Shown in pieces: positions 1 to 13,368 of a DNA stretch of 64,000 nt. The translations under genes were made by a program, and so were the position numbers. The notes below the pieces were generated by a model. The model saw only the letters and a list, made by a program, of their open reading frames with translations, had not been told where the DNA came from and made no database searches. Numbering within the stretch: position 1 is the first letter of the stretch; each line of letters starts with the position of its first letter. Source of the stretch: Camelus ferus. Lineage: Eukaryota. Where the stretch lies: NCBI RefSeq assembly GCF_009834535.1, contig NC_045707.1:58840001-58904000 (forward strand). Direction: 5' to 3'.

Positions 1-3000
1 GTGGTACTTGAGAGTTTGAAGACTAAGGTGGAATGACATACTATTAGATTGCAGAAGAATCAAAAAAAAATGGACTATATTGAAGTGTTAGTTATTGAAG
101 TGCCAGTTTGGTGATGACAATATTCAAGTAAACAAACAGATATTATATTGATTATGGTTTTGTCTGTATATTTCATTCAAGGAGGACAATGAAGACCAAA
201 TCTGTATCTATCTATATTTATACCTATATTTAATTGGCTTAAATTACAAAAGGACCAAGATTTAACTATAAGGAACACATGGCAGCAAATAAATTTGGTT
301 AGAATGTTTTTCTGCAACAATTCTCTGGGGATGCAAGGATGAAGTATATACGTCCTTGGATTTTTCTTTTCCCATACATAAAGACTAAGCTTATATTTGT
401 GATTTCTGTTGCAGTCAGATTTTAATCGGATTCTTAACAGTAGAAGGAAATTCTATATCCTGAAAAAATTTGAAGACAAGATCAGCAAAAATCATCTTCC
501 ACTTGAAAAATAAGATGAAGAAAGAACAATTTAGAAGTAACTCACTGAGAGATCTTTTATAAACAAGTGGCTGATAAGAAATAAAAGCATACTCTGAAGC
601 CAGAAAGTCACTAAACCAAGCATACATTTATATAAAATAAACACTCACTTTGGAAATATTTATACTCAGTCAATGAAAATGTCAATGGGAGCACGGAATC
701 TACACGGAGGCTAAAAAAAAGAAATACAAAGTGTATATTGAATGCTATACCAGTAAGGTAAACATTTCTCTACAGAAACAATCATTCCATTATCTGCACT
801 GAGGAGAAATAAGGTACATGCTGTAAAATGCAGTTTTCAAGTTCCCTTTGTCCTGCAGAGATTATGAATATTCTGGTTGATTGAAATGGCCTTAATTATA
901 CAATAAATCGTGTTCTGATTTCAATTCAGTTCTCTGTGAAAATGTTTAATATTCATCAGTGTTCCGGAAATTGATCAATCCTAAGTGAAATATTGAAACT
1001 GATTTCCTGGTAATGCCAGGTAAGACTCAACCTGGACATGGAAAGATTCTTCTAAGGGCCAAAATAGTGGACTCTGCCCTCAGCCTATCCGTGAACCCTC
1101 CTTTATCCATTAGAGCTCCGACATTTTCTTAAGCCTATTTTATTTACAGAAATGAGGACTGTTAAAACACAGGGTAAACTGAAAACATGAAACCATGACT
1201 GGAACACTGGCACAGTGCTGTTTTAGTGACTGGGGAGGAAATCAGGGCTTTAAATTCTGATCAATAGACCAAAATGACTGACACAAATTCTGGTCTAAGA
1301 GTGAACTGCTGAGTTCTGCTCAATTTTATATTGTTAAGATATGTAGTCATCAAAATTGGCAGAGAGGGTGGTCTGAGCTTCTGACAGCTCTGAAGTTGCA
1401 CCAGGTGCCCATAAGGAAACATATTTAGAAATAATATAATCAGTACTCAAAAAACCCCTCATCAGTATTCAAATTATACAAGTTTAAATATATATTTCAA
1501 TGAGAATGATGGAATAAAAAAGATCTCATGGGCCTGGAAATGATAAATTCCATGAATATTAGTTGAATGAGTAAATAGAATTTTTACAGAACTTTGGATA
1601 TTATGGATATGAGGAAATTGAGGCAAGAGGGGGAAATGATTGACTCCAGGTTGAACCACCAGCTAGTGAAGGTTAGTCCAGAGACTCTTTGACAGATACT
1701 TTTCCTTGAGTTTCTGAAAACTGTGGCTTTCTATCATTTGCCAGAGGCACAGTGAGTTCATATACAGAGAGTGATTTTGTATAAATTTTGTATAAATCAC
1801 TCTCTCTTTATATATGATATACATATTACACTTCCAATTGTGTGTTTTTCTGTAAATAAGGAGATTAAAAAAACTAGAAAAATAATCATGCTAGTGTGGT
1901 CTAACATTTTCTATTTCTAATAAACCCAATTATTTACACCTTTTGGGCATAAAATGTAATTTGCATATTTTCTATGCAACAACATGGCTGCTGGCTGAGC
2001 AATTCCAGATACTGCAGAGTCAGACTCCAGGAAACAGCTGGAAAAAAGCCTTTCCCCGCTCTGTGTGAGAGATAATTCAAATTACTCCTTCTCTTCAAAG
2101 CATAGGACAGAGAATTGGACCAATGTCTTATGTAAGCAGCCATCTTGATCATTTTGCTTCTGTTAAGACCCAAGAACTTGCGGTTTTCATAATGCTCCTC
2201 TGGTTGTAAGGCATAGGGAAACTCACATTTTGATTTCATTTGACAAAATAAAAAGTAGCTTCATGACAGTAATAACTGGGAGGCAGATCAGAGTTTCTGA
2301 CCTAACTGCACATGGCATTTTATATTTTGGCTTCAGACAGCTTGTCTTCTGAGACTTCCATCAGTACATAAAGGAGAATTAAGTAGTTAATGCTCTAGTA
2401 AGTATGGAACTTCTGGAAAGGAGGACTGCTTTGAGGATGTAAATCTCTAAGACCATCACCTAAACTTGATCACTTTACTCGGAGCTCCATCTCTCAGCCC
2501 ACAAAATACTGTTCCAAATGTATATACATGCAATATCTTTTAACATATCTTCACATAATTTAATCACTTTCCATATTACACATCCAATCGTGATGATATA
2601 ATCATGCTACTAAATGAATCTCATGGGGCAGTTTGTGTATGCATCATGTTTTGACAGAAAGATGAAATGAAGACTTTGGATTCTATAGTCTTTTCTGCTT
2701 CTTGCTTAATTAACCCCATGAACTTCTCTATCTTTTTCTTGTCTTAAAATAAGGGTCATAATACCCAACTCCTGGGCAATGTTTTATTGATTTTATGAAG
2801 CTGCTGCCCCAGAACCTAAACAAGAAAAGTTCCTCCATAAATGTTAAGTTCCCACTCTGATAACACTTTATTGTAAATACATGCTTCAATGAATCAAAAC
2901 ATGAACATCTAATCTCTAAACAATTTACATCAGAGTTATACTGGTAGGTATTATAAAAGCACCAGAACTTAAGCTATTCATGTGTAGTGAAGTCTTAATC

Positions 3001-3334
3001 ATTTTTGTAGTCACAAGATACAGCGTAATTCCTGGCATAGCAGGCACTCAAATCGGTATTTTAGTGATGAGACGAAACGGCAGAATGATCAATATGACCT
3101 AGGTATGCTGTGTGCTCCGGCAGAGTGAAGATGGAGCCCAGAACACTGCTTCCTCTTGGCAGGACTCTCTTCCAGAACACTCCCAGTCTGAGCACCACCT
3201 GCATCAAGACAGGCAGAACTAATTCTGTTTGCTCTCATCTCTTTGCCATTCTTCTTAGATGCTAATTAGATGCTTGGATGCTAGTGGGTGGCCCAGGACA
3301 ACTCATACTCCTGCTGCTGGTGGGCCCTTTCCCC

Positions 3335-3530
3335 TTTTTCTTTCTCAATAGTATTTCTGCCATCTGACATGCTAAATATTTTATTTTTTAGTATATCTGT
3401 CTGCCTCCTCCATTAGAATATAAACTCCAGGATCAGATGTTTTTATCTGTTTAATTCACTGCTGTATCTTCAGTACTCGATCTGGCACTTTGCTGGTACT
3501 TACAGCTATTGGTTGAATGTTTGAATAAAC
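3335..3530 (+). mobile_element. L2 3' end fragment
   Basis: cattagaatataaactccagg...gtttaattcactgctgtatct...tggcac...ttggttgaatg matches the L2a 3' terminus pattern. Confidence 0.75.
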
Positions 3531-4469
3531 TTCTGCTCACCATGAGGAAACCTATTTTTACATTATAACTCCTTCCTATTCTTTGAGATAAATACACAAA
3601 TGCTTAGAATAAAATCAGTTATCAGAACTCAATATGACTAATATTTATCTTTTTTTGTTGTTCTTCTAGGGATTAAAGGCTTTCTTAATATTATTGAACA
3701 TAATTGAATCCATCCCCTCCTTCTATTAAAAGAAACATTTTCTATAATTGTACTTTCTAAATATACAAAATTGTTTATTTACTTTGTATCTTTATTAACT
3801 GGCTTGATTGAGAGTATGCTAAAACTATCGCTGTGATTTCTTCAGATTCCTTGAAAAACATGAGGAGGAGGATTACTCCTAAATTATAAATATTTTTATC
3901 TTATTAACTCAGGGAGGGAAAAACTCATCAGTGTTTACAAAATATGAGAAACCTCTCTGAAAAACAGACCAACATTCTTGAAGTTACATCACTTATAATT
4001 AGAACTATTTTTCTCCATATTAGAGATTTAAGTAGGCTTTATGTTATTTATAATTTTTAATAGGATTGCAATGTGCTGTAATTTTTTAAATTTTTCAATA
4101 GGTTAAATAATCTATTTCCCCTTTTTCCATGTTCATTTCTCTAAAAAGAACAGTTTTCTACATTCAGGTATTTATCTTTATTGTACTGAAACTGAAATTA
4201 AGATTCGTAACAGTACAAAGCCAATGTACTACAGAAGATACACATTAAAAGGTCATAGGAATAAAGATGAATGGTTTATTCTTTCCCAAATTGTTCCTGC
4301 TTTGAGGATTTTTAATTCACAAATCATTCTTAAAGAAGGTTTCAGTCATCTTAATGGACAATACCATTTACAGCTTGTTTAAAAAATACAAGTAGAGGGC
4401 TTGAGGCATTTTATGCTCAAGTATAACACGTGAGGCCTAGAAAATTTTATAACCAATTTTCATGTTCCT

Positions 4470-5500
4470 TGACCCTGGTTTTAGCAGTGATTTTTTTGTG
4501 GTTTGACATCAAGGCCACAAAAGCAAAAACAAGTGGGACTATACCAAACTAAAAAGCAGAGGAAACCACCAAAAAAAGTGAAGACGCAGCCTACTGAATG
4601 GGAGAAAATACTTGCAAATCATGTATCTGGTAACAGGTTGATATTTACAATATATAAATAACTCATCCAACTCAACAGCATAACAAACAATTAGATTAAA
4701 AAGTCGGCAGAGGATCTGAATAGACATTTTTCCAAGGAAGATATACAGATGGCCAACAGGCACATTAAAACATGCTTAATACCACGAATAGTCAGGGAAA
4801 TGCAAATCAAAACCACAATGAAAAATCACTTCACTCCTGTTAAAATGGCTATTATCAAAAAGTCTCGCAATAATCAGTGTTGGCGAAGCTACAGAGAAAA
4901 GGGAATCCTATGCACTGTTAGCGAGAATGCAAATGGGTGCAGCCACCTTGGAAAAGAGTATGGAGGTTCCTCAAAATATTAAAAATAGAACTACCATGTG
5001 ATCCAGAAATTCCACATCTGGGTATTCGCCCAAAGAAAACAAAAACACTAATTCAAAAAGATATGTGCACCCCCATGTCCACTGCAGCAGTATTTACAAT
5101 AGCCAAGATATGAAAACAACCTAGGCGTCCATCAATGGATGAATGAATAAAGGAAATATGATACACACACACACACAATGGAATATTATTCAGTCATACA
5201 GAAAAAGACGTTTTGTCACCGATGATTTCATGGATGAACCCTGAGGGCATTATACTAAGTGAAAGAAGTCAGACAGAGAAAGACAAATATTGTATGATCT
5301 CACATATGTGGAATCAAAAACAACAACAACAGAAAAAAAGAAAACTTATGGAGACAGAGAAGAGATTGGTGGTTGCCAGATGCAGGGGGGTGGTGGGATG
5401 GGGCAGATAAAGATGGGAAAGGGGGTCAAACAGTATAAATACTACTTACATGATAACTAAGTTCTGGGGATACAGTGTACAGTAGGGTGACTATAGTTTA
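4470..5500 (+). mobile_element. 5'-truncated LINE-1 (ORF2 C-terminus + 3'UTR, L1MA-like)
   Basis: ORF 4749-4982 [10 protein letters not shown]...MQIKTTM...[12 protein letters not shown]...CW is L1 ORF2p C-terminal sequence; 3'UTR motifs agtgaaagaagtcagacagagaaagacaaata and ggtgactatagt. Confidence 0.92.
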
Positions 5501-5952
5501 ACAGACCATTTTAACTACAAAACTTCGAAGTCTATTGCATACTTTCAGCCTTTTTGTCCCTTGGCACAGTTCCATAACCTTACCATCTACTTCTGTAAAA
5601 TATAATTTTACATGTTTATTACATATGTATAATTATATACAAATACAATGTCTTCAATTGTCCAAATTTATTTTCTTATGGCCTCTTCTCAATATGGGGA
5701 TAAGAGTGAAAAATGTCTCTATTTATGTTTCATAATCTTCATCATTTTCTAAATATTCACTATATCTCTTCCCAACTTGTATGTCTCTAGGATGGATCCC
5801 TAAAATTTTTAGAGTCTGTCAGTTGATATTTACATATGGCATAAACCAAACTAAACTCTCTCCACTAAAGATGATTTTTGTGTTTAAAAAAATACTGTAG
5901 GTTCACTTTAGAAGGACAGATATTTTTCTGCAAGCACAATTGTTTCACTTAC

Positions 5953-6186
5953 GGACCACACCATTAACAATTTTCCATCCCGAGAGCTTTCCCTTCCTAA
6001 TTCTACCTTATATTTTTAAGGCACTTCTAATAGCAAAGCGTCCACTCCAACACAATGGCGGCTCAGGTTTTGGTTTTTTAAATTAAACAGCTGATATGTG
6101 AAACCTTATTGTAGGCTTTGCAGAAGTTAACTTAACAGGTAGGTTAACTTGAGACTTCATTTAGGTCCTGCTGGATAATACTGCCA
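5953..6186 (-). other. candidate non-coding exon / conserved-looking element
   Basis: Acceptor tgcttgcttccacag|TGGCAG at 6187/6186; donor GGTCC|gtaagt at 5953/5952; stops in all three frames; several retained CpGs. Confidence 0.3.
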
Positions 6187-7511
6187 CTGTGGAAGCAAGC
6201 ACGCGTCAACAATAAAAACGACTTACATACAAGGTTTATCCTCCAAATCTCAAACAACCTATGTTTAAGCCAACATAATGAATCTTCTTGCATTTTCTTT
6301 ATTAGTAAATTTTACTAACACAGATATAATTTATTTTTTCCCATTAAATTAATAATCCATGTTTATTGTCTTGTAAAGAACTGCCTTCAGTAGACAACTA
6401 CTGGGAAATATGTTGTATTTTGCTTTGTAGAAGACATAAAAATGATAATTTCTGATTCAAAAATAAGATAAAAACAATGAAATATGTTCAAAACAAAAAA
6501 ATACACTAATGTCTTTGCTAACATTTCCTATGAGAATTTACTAGCATTCCTTTTACAGATATAATTTATTTTTCGATGACTGTAATTTCAAGAAGCAAAC
6601 TTTCAAAGAATGTGATGCTAAAAGCTGATATACTGAGCAGTTTTCTGGGTCCCTGTGAATGGTTACAGAATTTATAACCTCATGAACACGTTCCCTGTCC
6701 AATGTTTCATATTAAGAAACTATCAAAGTAGCTATCACTCTTATCTTCATCAGCTAAAATTGACATTCTTTTTTTTTAATGATGGTTCTAATTTCCCAGG
6801 AGAAGGTAAACAATTATTTGGGATTCTTAGAGAATAACTACCTTTGAGAAAACTATTCTTCATGTTTTATAGGTACTAAGGCTTAAAAGTCTGTCCTGGA
6901 ATTTATAGGAAAGAAAAGAAATTTAATGTCTAACTAATAGATTCAAGGTTATGCTGAATCTAAACCACCATAAGTGAGTAATAACAAATTTCTCCGGAAA
7001 ATCTCCATTATGTTTTACCTTTAAGTATTGAAAGTAGATTTATTTTACTTATTATTCCTATAATTAACACTTTATTTAGTCTGTTTTTAAATGGAAAATA
7101 GAGAGCAATTGCTGCCTGTTACAGTCCTTATTCACTTTGTAGAGAAATAAGACAATTACCATCTTTTCTATGATTTTGACCTTATTTTCCTATGTTACTT
7201 GCCATATTATGATATCCAAGAGGTTTCAGAAAAAGAAAAACAAAAATCGATCCATTGATTCTTCCATTTTAAAAACATTAAAAAATCTGAATAACCCAGT
7301 AATCTCCCTTTAATAAATTACTTAATATATGTACTATATTCTGTAAGATTGCATTACTACTCAAGGAGATTTACAAAAATATTTAAGAAATTATTAATAG
7401 CTCCAAATTTAAGAATGTAAGTAATTTTCAAATGTCTAATAAGAGATTATTTATAAAACATTTAGCCAATTTGGGGGAAATAAAAGTTCTTTCTTTAGGT
7501 TAACATATACA

Positions 7512-7647
7512 TTTAATTATTTTATTTTGTTTTACTTGGGGGCGGGGTAGGTAATTAAGTTTATTTTTAGAGGACATACTGGGGATTGAAGCCAGGACTT
7601 CATGCATGCTAAACATGCACTCTACCACTTGAGTTAGACCCTCCCCC
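7512..7647 (-). mobile_element. tRNA-Ala-derived camelid SINE (Vic-1-like)
   Basis: Reverse complement reads GGGGAGGGTCTAACTCAAGTGGTAGAGTGCATGTTTAGCATGCATGAAGTCCTGGCTTCAATCCCCAGT (A/B boxes of a tRNA-Ala-like head). Perfect 15-bp TSD aggttaacatataca at 7497-7511 and 7648-7662. Confidence 0.92.
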
Positions 7648-8049
7648 AGGTTAACATATACAAATGGAATTAACTGCAATATATGAATGTTACCCTAATT
7701 TTGAAAACTCCGTCAACTTTACTTTCAGATGCTAGTTTCATGTAAATATCCATCTATCTTATAAAGTGTTCTGAGCAATAATTATTTTAGAGCAGCACTT
7801 GGCTCATATAAAGTGCTCAATGAGCCAGCAATATATCTGATTATCTTCATTCAGTTAAAATAACAAAGAGTCAAAATATAATTCCATTTAAGCAAAAACT
7901 CTCTTTTCTCTCAACATTCCCCAAATATTTGTGGACTTCTGTATGCTCTTCAAATGAAGATTAAAATTGAGCAGTTTTAGTTGCTTATCATAGCACTGCA
8001 CGTAACTGCTACCTTCTTTCACTCACAGTTCTTTAGAGGAATGCATACT

Positions 8050-8175
8050 GTTTTGGGAGGGGAGGTGATTAGGTTTACTTATTTATTTACTTTTCTAATG
8101 GAGGTACTGAGGACTGAACCCAGGACCCTGTGCATGCTAGGCACGTGCTCTACCACTGAACGATACATTCCCCCC
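8050..8175 (-). mobile_element. tRNA-Ala-derived camelid SINE (Vic-1-like)
   Basis: Same tRNA-like head on the minus strand; TSD aatgcatact at 8040-8049 and 8179-8188. Confidence 0.9.
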
Positions 8176-10544
8176 ACTAATGCATACTATTAAATAAAGG
8201 CAGCATGTCCACATTTAGACTTACTGATTCTCTTTACCAAACTCCATTATACTGATTTGCCCAGAATAGGTGTGCATTAAACACTTAGAAAGCAATTAAA
8301 TTTTTATCTTTTTTATGGGATAATGGTGGCTCTCTTCACTGCTTCTCAACTTTGCACACGCTTTCTAATGGATAAATCACATACGTAGATTAATAGACAA
8401 TTATCTTAAGGGCTCAGTCACCTACAGATAATGCCAGATTTGAAATCTTAAAATATTTAAAGGCAAACTTCTCTAAGAAAAGATTAATTCAAATGTAATT
8501 CACATTAGTATTTCCAGTTTGCTTTTCAAACTGTAAAAAAAAAAAAAAATAAAGATGGATAAATTCGATTTATAGCAATTTTAGTTAATTGGGATTCTGA
8601 TACTTTTATAATACATAATAATTTAATTTATTGGGTTTTTTTTCCACTGAATACACTATTTATTTGGTTCCACTAATAAGGCAGATCAAGTTTTGTTATC
8701 TGATGCATTCAGAGCATATAACCTATTTTGTGATCCTTTAACAGAAATAAAGATAAATTGGTATCTTCATTGCCTCCCAGCTTAAAGGATACAAGAATTG
8801 TTTTAAAATTTCTTAAATATCTTTTCATTTGATATCTATTCAATGATGTTTATTTGGTTGTTAACTAGCTCATGGTCTACCACTTTCTAGAAAAACAGAA
8901 CATTCCTTGGGGGGGGGGATCAATATTCACTAATGATACTACTAATATTCAATAAGTAACAGCTAGTATAACTGATAAACTATTTTTTTTACTTTCATAA
9001 TTTCAGCTTATCTATCTGCTTGTATTACCTATGTCATTTTGCTTCATAGTCTATAAATAACACTCTGAGAGATGACTGTGTATAAAGCCTTATAAACTGT
9101 TCACCTGATGTAGAAGATACAGAGATGTCCCTAAAGTACTCTTTATGTTTTAACTACTGTTATAAACTGAGCTTAACCTTCAATTGGGTCCTTAAAAATC
9201 TATGTAAGAAAATATTTTTTCTTTTTCTATAAATGAACGGGCATGGTGACATACATAATGTTAAGTATCTTTATATGATCAAAGTTAAAGACTGGTTAAA
9301 GCATATAGCTAAAATATAAAATACTTTTCAAGATGCAGAGGCAGAGAAGCAGCATGCACATTTCTTCCATTTTAAAGACGCTCCATCAAGCACGCATAAT
9401 GGGACGTAATCACATGAATAACGTGAAGGCCAAACATTCAACAACAACCAGTCGGTGCCTGAGAAGGAGAACTGGTTCGGTCTGATGATCACCATTTTGT
9501 TGACAACTACATGAACAAATATTTGGACATATTTTCACAACAGCAAATTATCTCTTTTAATTACTCTCCAATTTGCACTTGTATTACTTTTAACAGCTAG
9601 ATTGTCCTTTTGCACAAATAATAATGGCCTCAACCTCTAAAATGCAAATCAAAAGCAGTCAAAAGCTTAGTTTTATTAATGCTGAGGCAGAAATGTTAAT
9701 TACAGAGGATAATAAAATATAAAAGAACTCCCTTTGCTGTCTGCAATTCCTTTTGAACTTCTCAGGGGTTTAAATATAGTGTGTGCTTGTCAGACATTCA
9801 TGTCTAGAAAATAAAAGGAAAAATACTACACCAAAATAAAATCTCAAAAACTCAGTAACTGACTCTAATCTTTATCAGTCAAGGAGGAAGATTCTCTCTC
9901 TTTTGGGCAAAAATTCTTTTAAGAGGTCCGAATTCAATTCAAAGTTTCTGTTTCTGGAAAGTACATAATTTCATCACCATGAAAAATGTTGATGGTGAAA
10001 TAATTGAGCAGAGAGACACTGTTCATGACAATTCTTCTAGTTGGAGAAGCAGTGAATTACTCTCAAACTAGCCAGATAGACATACTTATGCATATACCTT
10101 TAAAATAATGTGTGAAGTTTTTACATAGGAAGGATATAGTTAAATATATGGGTTGGATATTATTTAATGGAAATATCTTATTATAATGGAACTTAAAATG
10201 CATTTGTGCAAATGGATAAAAAGGAAAATAGTGTGTCGAATGATTTTAATTGCCTTCTAGGGTTCTGACAAACCACATTAAATTAAAAGTCACGTATATT
10301 TTGACAGTGTTGAGTATTTAAACTAAGAAATAAGAATGCATCACCAATAGGGATCCACATATATGTTACTTTAAAAAGTACAGAACAAATATTCCTCTAC
10401 GTAAGATTTTTTTTTTCTAAAATTATACACAGGAGCCTGACAATATGCTGTTTACAATACTTCACTGCACCTGGAGTACTCTCTCCATGGTCTACAAGTT
10501 TCTACAGGGGGTTACTCAGAGACATCAAGTATCCTCTCCCCTCC

Positions 10545-10930
10545 TTTCCTGAGTTCTACATGCTTCAGTCAAATGCGCCTTCTTTCCATCTCTCAAATAC
10601 TCTCTCGGGACCTTCAGCTCTTTCTTCTGCCTGCAGCATCTGATACACGGCTGGCATCTCGTCTCAGTTCAAGTGAGACTTCCTGGACTATTCATTCCAA
10701 AATTAGCCATATCTCTCCCTGGTCACTCTCCAGTTTGTTTTATTTTCTTCTTGCACTTAAATACTCCTGATATTACCGTATTTATTCACCTACATCCTTC
10801 TTAATGTCTGTCTTCTCCTCCTGAATGTAAGTTCCATGAGAGATGTCTGGCTTGTTCACCAGTGTAGTCCTGGTCATAGAAGGGTGCCTGGCAAAATGCC
10901 CAAATGAATATTTATTGAATCAAAGAATAA
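10545..10930 (+). mobile_element. L2 3' fragment
   Basis: ctgaatgtaagttccatgaga..gtctggcttgttcaccagtgtagtcc..agggtgcctggca..atatttattgaat. Confidence 0.75.
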
Positions 10931-13368
10931 AATAAGAAACATCTTTTCAGTAACTTTTCCTCATCAAAACATTTATTTTACCAGAAAACTATGAAAATAT
11001 AGCTCTCCTTATCCACTGCCTCTCTTAATCTGTATTAGTGGACCTACTAGCAAATTTCAATGACCAGTTATTCAGTTAACTCATTTTGTTACATTTGTGT
11101 TTGGTCTAGTGTACTATAATTACTAGATAATATTTTAAATTTAGATAAGGAGTCTATCTATTTATACAATTTTCTTAATTTGTGTTTCTAAAGGTATCAG
11201 ATGAAAAAATAGGAGGTAATTCAATTACATAACAAAATAACGTCCTTCAAAAAATCTTCCTATTGGAAGAATATTCATTTTACCTATAAAATGATTAAAG
11301 TATAAAATTATTTTGGAGTTTCATTAAAAAGAATTGATAAAAAATACAAAGAATATTGCAGTAAGTATATCAGGAACTTTTTCATATGGTGTTTAAAAGC
11401 CAGGTTCAAAAAAATCCAATTAAGTTTGCAAGTTAAACAGAGAGAATTAACATTTTTAAGAGCTACATTAAATTTCAAAGAGAAAAGCCATCTTGGATAA
11501 GGAAGCAACCAAAAAGAAAAATCTCTTTTGGGAGAAAAATGTTAATAGTTCACAAGTGTATTTTAAAACCTTTGAGATGATGTTAAGTTGTATCCAACTA
11601 CACTTACACACTTTTTTTCCACCATATAATACATTAATAAATGCTAAATATATAATAAATATAAAGATAATTCTATCTGGAGAATATCACATAGATTTTG
11701 ATATTAAAACATTTCTTCCAGGGTTTGTAGTTTTTCATCATTACCTTAATTTCCCTAATTGACATTCTGTATTACTTAAATTTTCATGTTGATTCACTCA
11801 ATTGTTTACCGCATTGTACCTTTTTAACTCATGCCAGACTCTGTTCGAGTTCCAGGAAAACACTGGAGGACAAAGCAAAGTCCTACCCTAGAGACACTCA
11901 TGAGGAACTCATCAATAGCTTTAAATAATATGAAAGTTAAATGAGAAATATAATCTCAAGTTTTATTTGAAAACAGACATATTTACTGAGCATTATTTTC
12001 TAGAACTCATCTAGTATACGAAACAATATCACATCAGAATTTGCCAACTCGAAGCCATCAATAATAAAATGAACGTGTCTCATATTAAGTCCTGGGCACA
12101 CAGTAGGCACTATGTATTGAAGAGATCAATGAAATGAGATCAATGAAATGAATGAGACATTTCAGGATCAACAACTAGATCATTTTTGTGTCATTACTGA
12201 ATCTGCAATTAACTGCTGGAAAACATGCTCTGTTATAAATGTCCAGCTTTAGCTGCTAATTTGCCAGCAGCCATTTGGAAAGGATATATATTAAAAATTG
12301 AATTTTTTTTAAAATGTTAAAGATACAACTTCACTATAGGTGAAGTTGGTGTTAAAGGGTTTTCTTCCTCATTGTAAACTGTGCTTAAATTGGCCTGCAG
12401 AATCACAAATATCTGTGCTCCTGTTCTCCAAAACCCAGAAAGCAGTGGAAAGCCAGCTGGCAGGGCCGGCTGGCAGCCTGCCATTCTCATCTGTGGTTGC
12501 AATGCTGTCCTAGGGGAAAAAACAATCATGAATTCTGTTTAACTAGGGCCATAGAATGACATTTGTTTCTTGATGGACTGTGGGTCTATTACTAAGACAA
12601 ACTAGATGAAAGCCATTCAAATCCTACTTTCTATGACTCGGGGAAGATCAGAGGACTGAAGTTTTGAGAATGGAGATTACACCATTTGTTATTCTGTAAC
12701 ACAATGATAAAACAACCAAACAGAAAGTAAAACGTTTCAGCACCAACTCATCATTTGACTAACATTTTCTCCTTCAAGTTGACTGAATCGTGCGGGCATG
12801 GTATAGGATCAACCTATATATGAGAAAACAACAACAGGGACAATAGCAATAATGATAATTAACAGTTACTGTTACCTTTCCCCAGGCATTGTTCCAAGAA
12901 CACTGTTTATTAAGTCACTAAGTCCTCCAAACAAGTCTCTAGGTAGTACTGTACTAATTCAAATTCTATAAGAAATGTGAGACAGGAGGGTTAAGTAATT
13001 TACTCTCGGGGTTGTACACTTATTAAGTACGTTACTGTAAGAATCTGACTCCAGGTAACACTTACACATTTATTTAAAAAACTGTTTATAGTACCTATGA
13101 GTTCATAAAAGATTTATAAATTATAATTACTGACATTCATGAATGTTCATGAATGTCTCAAGAAATTCTTGGTTACTGACATTAGAATTTTAGTAAGATT
13201 TTGTTTTAGCTCCACCCCTCTGGGAGCTGAAGATGAGGAAGGCTACCTAAGCTTAAGTTCCCAGTGGGCCTTTATATTATATTTAGTTCATTTCCCAGCT
13301 TTGGAATTTCAGTTCTGCCCATGCAGAAGTGGTGTATAGACTTAACTCTATAAAATAAAATAGTACCA

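Noticed and set aside
1..1040. Possible ancient repeat or decayed coding sequence at the window start
   Set aside because: No family or reading frame I can support from sequence alone.
9408..9492. Possible C/D snoRNA (terminal ATCA/TGAT and CTGA)
   Set aside because: No proper RUGAUGA box C at the 5' end, and it lies on the strand opposite the inferred host gene.
12122..12149. Tandem duplication (gagatcaatgaaat)x2
   Set aside because: Slippage within an L2-type tail; trivial.
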